Assembly (NCBI GenBank): GCA_046094845.1
Contig: JBJTIE010000016.1
Span: 1-41,073 of the forward strand
Source: Planctomycetaceae bacterium
GTDB taxonomy: Bacteria > Planctomycetota > Planctomycetia > Pirellulales > UBA1268
Length of the DNA: 41,073 nt
Direction of reading: 5' to 3'
Both the position numbers and the translations under genes were made by a program. Below are positions 36,464 through 41,073 of the stretch, piece by piece. Position 1 is the stretch's first letter. Every line of letters begins with the position of its first letter. The notes beneath the pieces are model-generated. The model ran no database searches. It saw only the letters and a program-made list of their open reading frames with translations, and was not told the DNA's origin.

Positions 36464-37773
36464 GCGAGGAGGTCGTGATAAGGATGCTCCGCCGCACGGA
36501 CGCTCTGCGCACGGTGAGCCGCATCCTCGTGGCGATGCCGCTGGCCGCCGCGCTCTGTGTCCTGCCGGGGGCCGCCCGTGCCATCTCTCCTGCAGCCGCC
36601 GATACCGAAGCGGTTGCCCTGGTCAAGGCCCGCGGCGGAAAAGCATCGCTCGATGCGGCAGGCCATGTGGTGACGGTCGATCTCGCGCAGCGGCCGGCGA
36701 CCGACGCCGATCTCGAAGTGCTGGCGGGGCTCGAGGGCCTGAAGAAGCTCGAGGTCTGGGGGGCGGAGATTTCCGATCGGGGCCTCGCTGCGATCGCGAC
36801 GATGAAGAATCTCGAGCAGCTCGTCCTCGAGAACACCGACGTGACCGACGCCGGAGCAGCCCGGCTCGCGGGGCTCGAGAACCTGCGGGTGCTGAATCTT
36901 CGGCGGTCGTCGAATCTCACCGACGCCGCGCTCGAGGCGGTGGCGTCGATCCGCGGACTCGAGCAGCTGATCCTGCTCTACAACAACTTCACCGACGCCG
37001 GTCTCGCCCATCTCGCACCGCTGGAGAAGCTCCGCGTGCTCGACCTTCGGGGCTGCGCCCTCGTGACGGACTCCGGCCTCGAGCATGTGGCGAAGCTGAC
37101 CAGCCTCGAGCGGGTGAAGCTCCGCTGCCCGAGTGTCACCGACGCCGGCCTCGCGCATGTCGCGATGCTGCCGAAGCTCCGCGGCTTCGCGGTCGAGGAC
37201 GGCCAGGTGACCGACGCGGGGCTCGCGCCGTTCGCCGACAAGACCGAGATCGACGAGATCAACGTCATGCGGACGTTCGTGGGAGACGATGGCCTTGCCC
37301 ACCTCGTGAAGCTCACGAAGCTCAAGCGGCTCGAATTGCGGGGCACGCTCGTGGGCGACGCGGGCCTCGCGCACGTCGGGAAGCTGCCGAACCTCGTGCT
37401 CCTCGATCTTGCCGAGACGAGTGTCGGCGACGCGGGCGTGGCCCAACTGGCCGGCCTGCAGAAGCTCGTGACGCTCGACCTCTGGGACACGAAGGTCGGC
37501 GACGCGGGCATGGAAGTGGTCGGCAGGCTCGCGACCCTCGGCACGCTGAACCTGCAGAACACGGCGGTGACCGACGTCGGCGTCGCGCGGCTGGTCGGCC
37601 TCGGCTCACTCGTCAGCCTCACGCTCACCGGCACCACGATCACCGATGCCGCCCTCGACGCCCTCGCGAAGCTGCCGGCTCTCCGCTCGCTGGCCCTCGC
37701 CTTCACCGCGGTCACCGACGCCGGCGTCGCCCGGTTCTCCCAGGCCCGCCCACAGCTCACCGTCAGTCGGTAG
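36460..37773 (+). CDS. Secreted leucine-rich repeat protein (RNI-like ~24-residue repeats)
   Basis: The signal-like N-terminus reads RILVAMPLAAALCVLPGAARA. At least 14 repeats of the form L..L..L.L....VTDAGLAHLA.L follow. The ATGA overlap with the preceding gene suggests coupling. ATG 36484 is an alternative start. Confidence 0.75.
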   Translation: MSEEVVIRMLRRTDALRTVSRILVAMPLAAALCVLPGAARAISPAAADTEAVALVKARGGKASLDAAGHVVTVDLAQRPATDADLEVLAGLEGLKKLEVWGAEISDRGLAAIATMKNLEQLVLENTDVTDAGAARLAGLENLRVLNLRRSSNLTDAALEAVASIRGLEQLILLYNNFTDAGLAHLAPLEKLRVLDLRGCALVTDSGLEHVAKLTSLERVKLRCPSVTDAGLAHVAMLPKLRGFAVEDGQVTDAGLAPFADKTEIDEINVMRTFVGDDGLAHLVKLTKLKRLELRGTLVGDAGLAHVGKLPNLVLLDLAETSVGDAGVAQLAGLQKLVTLDLWDTKVGDAGMEVVGRLATLGTLNLQNTAVTDVGVARLVGLGSLVSLTLTGTTITDAALDALAKLPALRSLALAFTAVTDAGVARFSQARPQLTVSR

Positions 37774-37782
37774 CGTGGGTGA

Positions 37783-37849
37783 CCTGTAGCCGCAGATTGG
37801 TAATCTGCGGTCAGTGACCGTGTGCAGATTGCCAATCTGCACCTACAGG
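37783..37849. promoter_or_regulatory. Paired palindromes (candidate operator pair or structured terminator)
   Basis: The segment reads CCTGTAG-[CCGCAGATTGGTAATCTGCGG, 37790-37810]-11 nt-[GTGCAGATTGCCAATCTGCAC, 37822-37842]-CTACAGG. Each core, GCAGATT-N3-AATCTGC, is a perfect 7-3-7 palindrome. The centres are 32 bp apart. Confidence 0.6.
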
Positions 37850-37883
37850 CGGGGTAGAGTCTGGCCACGTCTCTGCGGGCTGA

Positions 37884-37912
37884 TTGACGCCGCCCCTCGG
37901 CAGCGGTATCAC
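37884..37912 (+). promoter_or_regulatory. Possible sigma70-type promoter for the pspA operon
   Basis: The pattern is TTGACG-N17-TATCAC, about 70 nt upstream of pspA ATG 37985. This is pattern only, and promoter consensus in this lineage is uncertain. Confidence 0.25.
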
Positions 37913-37984
37913 GACGCAGCAGGCGGCAGTGGTTTCTGGCCGCCGATTCACATTCACCGGCCCGTCCTGCGGAGACTTTGAGCC

Positions 37985-38737
37985 ATGATCCTGGGGAAGC
38001 TGTGGAAGGCCCTTGCGGCCCAGATGAACAAGGTCGCCAACTTCTTCTGGACGGCCGATCCGATCGCCCAGCTCCAGTACGAGTACGACAAGGCCGTCGA
38101 CCAGATGAAGGAAGGCCGCGAGGGGCTCGAGCAGTATCGGGCCCTCGTCGAGCGGGTGACCCGCCAAGTGAACGGCGACCGGCAGCACGTCGAGTCGCTC
38201 GAGGCGAGGATCAAGGCCTATCTCCAGGCGGGCGAGCGGGAAACCGCGTCGAAGTTCGCCCTCGAATTGCAGAAGGCCAAGAAGGAACTGGCCGAGAACG
38301 AGGCCCAGCTCAAGCTGCACGAGACGGCCTACGACAACAACGTCACCAAGATCAAGCACGCCACGAAGAAACTCGCCGACCTCAAGCAGAAGATCCAGAA
38401 GTACGACGCCGAGTTGAAGCTCTCCCGCGCCGAGGCCGAGTTGGCCAAGCTCGCGCAGTCGTTCAACTTCGACATCACGACCGACTTCGGCCAGATCGAG
38501 GACGTGATCCAGGACAAGATCGGACTCAATCGGGCCAAGGTGCGGGTGGCGGCCGACCTCTCGGGCGAGGGCCTGGAGACGATCAAGCAGGAAGCGGCGG
38601 TGGAGAAGGCGATGGCCGACAAGGCGCTCCGCGAGTTCGAGATCGAGATGGGGATGGTGACGCCCGAGACGGCCGGCGTGTCGGCGGACGACAAGGAACT
38701 GGGCACGGAGCGGGCCCGGCAGACCCAGGGCGGCTGA
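37985..38737 (+). CDS. pspA: PspA/IM30 (Vipp1/LiaH) family protein, ESCRT-III fold
   Basis: It has an N-terminal amphipathic helix (MILGKLWKALAAQMNKVANFF) and the PspA_IM30 pattern DPIAQLQYEYDKAVDQMKEGREGL. Long heptad coiled coils run through about residue 200. The product is 250 aa with an acidic C-terminal tail. Confidence 0.85.
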   Translation: MILGKLWKALAAQMNKVANFFWTADPIAQLQYEYDKAVDQMKEGREGLEQYRALVERVTRQVNGDRQHVESLEARIKAYLQAGERETASKFALELQKAKKELAENEAQLKLHETAYDNNVTKIKHATKKLADLKQKIQKYDAELKLSRAEAELAKLAQSFNFDITTDFGQIEDVIQDKIGLNRAKVRVAADLSGEGLETIKQEAAVEKAMADKALREFEIEMGMVTPETAGVSADDKELGTERARQTQGG

Positions 38738-38758
38738 CGTCGCCAGCGAGGGGAGTCC

Positions 38759-40630
38759 GTGACCACACCAGCCAGCCACAATGATGCGGTGCCGGGAGGC
38801 GGGAGCCTGGGCGCTGCTGCGCCCGCTGCGACAGCCTCCGTTGCGCTCCCGGCCGCCGCGCTCCCGGATTGGTGTCCGGCCTGGGCAGAACGCCTCGGCG
38901 ACGCCTACCTCTCCGGCACGAGTTGCGTGTTCATGCTCCACGGCAACGTGCGGGACCTCGTGCCGGTGGCTGCCCCCGCGGCGGCCGGCCGCGACGACGT
39001 GGCCGCCTGGGGCACCGCGCCCGACTTCCTCGCCCGCGAAATGTTCGGCCGCTGGGACATCGTGCTGGCCTACGACGTTGGCAAGGGCCTGCGGCCGCTC
39101 GCCGGGCCCGATCCCGCCCGCCTGCGGACGATGGCCCAGTGGCTGACGGAGCGGCTGGGCAACGCGGCCAACTGGCCGCGGGATCCGGACCAGGCGATCG
39201 CCGCGATCGATGCCATCTTCGAACGCAATCTGATCGACCCGCCCGAGCAGCGGAAGCGGATCGCGGTCGTGCTCGACTACGCCCAGTATCTCGCTCCCGC
39301 AGGTGAGGCCTCGGCCGGGTCGCGGGCAGGGGCGGGGCGGCTCGTGCGGATCCTGGGCTGGGCCTCCAATCCGCTCCTGCGGCGGGTGAACGTGGCCGTC
39401 GTGATGCTCGCCGATACGCTGGCCGAGGTGCACCCGCGGCTGGCGACGAATCCGGCCGTGACCGCCATCGACCTGCCGCTTCCCGATGCGGCCGAGCGGG
39501 AGCGGTTCGCGCTGGCCACGGCGGCCGCAGCCGGGATGCCCGCCGACCGCTTGGATGGTGTCAAACGGGTTGCCGCGCTCTCCGGCGGTCTCACGCTCGA
39601 GAGTCTCCGCGCGGTGATCGCCCTCTCGGCCCGTGAGGGCACACCTCCGGACGGGCCCGAGTTCGCAGCCCGCAAGAAGGACATGATCGAGCGGTCGTGC
39701 CAGGGGCTCGTCGAATTCATCCAGCCGCGGCTCACGCTCGACGCCGTGGCGGGCCATGAGGCGGCGAAGGCCAGACTCCAGGCCGATGCCCGGGCGATTC
39801 AGCGGGGGCAACTCGAAAGCGCTCCGATGGGCTATCTCATCTGCGGCCCCGTGGGCACCGGCAAGAGCTTCATCGCCGAATGCTACTCCGGCAGCGTGGG
39901 GATCCCCTGCGCCGTGCTCAAGAACTTCCGCAGCAAGTACGTCGGCGAGACCGAGGGCAACCTCGAGCACGCCCTCGACGTGCTCCGCAGCCTCGGGCCC
40001 GTGGTCGTGATCATCGACGAGGCCGACGCCGCCCTCGGCAACCGCGACCAGGGGGGCGACTCCGGCACGAGTGCCCGCGTGTTCTCGATGATCGCACGGC
40101 AGATGGGGGACACCCGCTACCGCGGCAAGATCGTGTGGATGCTGCTCACCAGCCGCCCCGATCTCCTGCCGATCGACCTCAAGCGGCAGGGGCGGGCCGA
40201 GGTGCACATTCCGCTCTTTTATCCGCACGACCAGGCCGAGATGGACGCGATGTTCACGGCGATGGCCCGGAAGTGTCGCGTGAAGCTCGCGCCGGGCCTG
40301 CCCGGGCCCGTCGATCTGTCGCTCGGCCTCTCCGGTGCCGACATCGAGAGCGTGGTGCTCGCGGCACGGCGGAAGGGGCTCGAGCGGGCGGCCGACGCGG
40401 GGCAGCCGCCGCCGGATACGATCTCGGCGGAGGACCTGAAGGCGGCCCTCGACGATTTCATGCCCAGCGCCCAGGGTCTCGAGAAGGAGATGCAGGAGAT
40501 CGCGGCGGTGCTCGAGTGCACCGAGAAGCGATTCCTGCCCGACCGCTGGAAAGACAAGGTAAACGAGCCGGGCGGGCGTTCCCGCCTGCAGGAACGGCTC
40601 GCGGCGATTCGCGACGTGATCGGTTCGTGA
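38759..40630 (+). CDS. Two-module classical AAA+ ATPase (degenerate N-terminal module plus active C-terminal module)
   Basis: The C-terminal module has Walker A GPVGTGKS, SKYVGETEGNL, Walker B VVIIDEAD, a sensor-1/SRH region MLLTSRPDLLPIDLKRQGRAEVHIPL and LSGADIE. The N-terminal half has AAA-like strand order, but FMLHGNVRDL replaces the P-loop and VVLDYAQ is Walker-B-like. The start is GTG 38759, 21 nt after the pspA stop. Confidence 0.85.
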   Translation: MTTPASHNDAVPGGGSLGAAAPAATASVALPAAALPDWCPAWAERLGDAYLSGTSCVFMLHGNVRDLVPVAAPAAAGRDDVAAWGTAPDFLAREMFGRWDIVLAYDVGKGLRPLAGPDPARLRTMAQWLTERLGNAANWPRDPDQAIAAIDAIFERNLIDPPEQRKRIAVVLDYAQYLAPAGEASAGSRAGAGRLVRILGWASNPLLRRVNVAVVMLADTLAEVHPRLATNPAVTAIDLPLPDAAERERFALATAAAAGMPADRLDGVKRVAALSGGLTLESLRAVIALSAREGTPPDGPEFAARKKDMIERSCQGLVEFIQPRLTLDAVAGHEAAKARLQADARAIQRGQLESAPMGYLICGPVGTGKSFIAECYSGSVGIPCAVLKNFRSKYVGETEGNLEHALDVLRSLGPVVVIIDEADAALGNRDQGGDSGTSARVFSMIARQMGDTRYRGKIVWMLLTSRPDLLPIDLKRQGRAEVHIPLFYPHDQAEMDAMFTAMARKCRVKLAPGLPGPVDLSLGLSGADIESVVLAARRKGLERAADAGQPPPDTISAEDLKAALDDFMPSAQGLEKEMQEIAAVLECTEKRFLPDRWKDKVNEPGGRSRLQERLAAIRDVIGS

Positions 40631-40653
40631 CGACACCCCTGAAGGAGACACTC

Positions 40654-40959
40654 ATGGCCAAGGCAGCCGCCGGCAAGACCCCCTGGTTCGACGACGCGAG
40701 CGACGCCCCCATGCTCGCGGAGTATGCCCGCAAGCTCGACTCGTTTCTCGACGCCGTCGCCGACGGGCGAATCGATTCGAAGGAACTCGACGCCCAGGAG
40801 AAGCGGGTCGTGAACCTGATGAAGCAGGTCGAGCCGCATCTCTCGGCCGAGGCCCACGAGCTCGTGACGCAGCTCCTGTGCGAAGTGACGGCCTATGACC
40901 TCATGAACGCCATGCACATGGCGGGCAAGGCACGGCCGGCGACGAAGTTTCGCGGCTGA
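40654..40959 (+). CDS. Small helical hypothetical protein (101 aa), third gene of the pspA-AAA operon
   Basis: GAAGGAG lies 6 nt upstream of ATG 40654, and the start is 23 nt after the AAA gene stop. The product is predicted to be all-helical by composition. The motif AVADGRIDSKELDAQEKRVV is faintly TerB-like. Confidence 0.5.
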   Translation: MAKAAAGKTPWFDDASDAPMLAEYARKLDSFLDAVADGRIDSKELDAQEKRVVNLMKQVEPHLSAEAHELVTQLLCEVTAYDLMNAMHMAGKARPATKFRG

Positions 40960-41030
40960 ACCCGCATTCCCCCTATCCCCCGAGGCGAGGCGTTGATCCA
41001 TGGCGAGTGAACCGAAGGCTCCGTTCTGGC

Positions 41031-41073
41031 TGGCGTTCATGAGGTCATAGGCCGTCACTTCGCACAGGAGCTG
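41031..41073. repeat. Right arm of a 43-bp perfect inverted repeat (left arm 40870-40912), reaching the window edge
   Basis: The reverse complement of 41031-41073 is identical to 40870-40912 (CAGCTCCTGTGCGAAGTGACGGCCTATGACCTCATGAACGCCA). The left arm lies inside the small CDS. Confidence 0.85.

Noticed and set aside
37850-37984. A sigma-54 (TGGCAC-N5-TTGC) promoter and PspF-type control, as expected for a psp operon.
   Set aside because: I found no -24/-12 element by eye in the pspA upstream region. No pspF, pspB or pspC-like ORF occurs in the window. Only a weak sigma70-like pattern is present.
37811-40651. A 946-aa ORF on the minus strand.
   Set aside because: It is antisense to the well-supported pspA and AAA+ genes and has a low-complexity R/G/H/E/L-rich translation with no motifs. 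It is a shadow ORF.
40219-41058. A 279-aa minus-strand ORF sharing TAYDLMNA with the small plus-strand protein, which could be a paralog.
   Set aside because: The identity is confined to the 43-bp inverted repeat. The rest of the ORF runs antisense through the small gene and the AAA+ gene with no independent support.

Overview
This is a high-G+C bacterial chromosomal segment that is densely coded on both strands. I support about 37 protein genes, 2 tRNAs and several repeat or hairpin elements. The gene content suggests Planctomycetota, but that is inference only: a TAT-signal Gfo/Idh/MocA oxidoreductase, an RNI-type leucine-rich-repeat protein, several HEAT/TPR proteins and a permease-less regulatory PTS. 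Most genes are housekeeping: pdxH, bcp, uup, dtd, rarA, rplU, RNase E/G, a DEAD-box helicase, hpf-ptsN-ptsH-ptsI, UbiD-family, OsmC and a TolC-like gene. I see no CRISPR array, transposase, integrase or recognisable defence genes. The best candidate for a new system is at 37985-40959. It is a tight three-gene operon: a PspA/IM30 (ESCRT-III fold) protein, a two-module classical AAA+ ATPase with a degenerate N-terminal module and a Vps4/Cdc48-like active module, and a small helical protein. Two copies of a perfect 7-3-7 palindrome lie upstream of it, and no canonical psp partners (pspB, pspC, pspF) are present. Other points of interest are listed below.
- A ~130-bp MITE/REP-like palindromic element occurs four times in the first 12.3 kb, and its internal hairpins are kept by compensatory changes.
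- A second, less well defined repeat family is present.
- An AT-rich 26-bp perfect inverted repeat lies between the divergent ubiD-like and osmC-like genes.
- A 43-bp perfect inverted repeat runs into the right window edge and may be an assembly artefact.
Many long ORFs in the six-frame track are antisense shadow ORFs typical of high-G+C DNA, and I rejected them.
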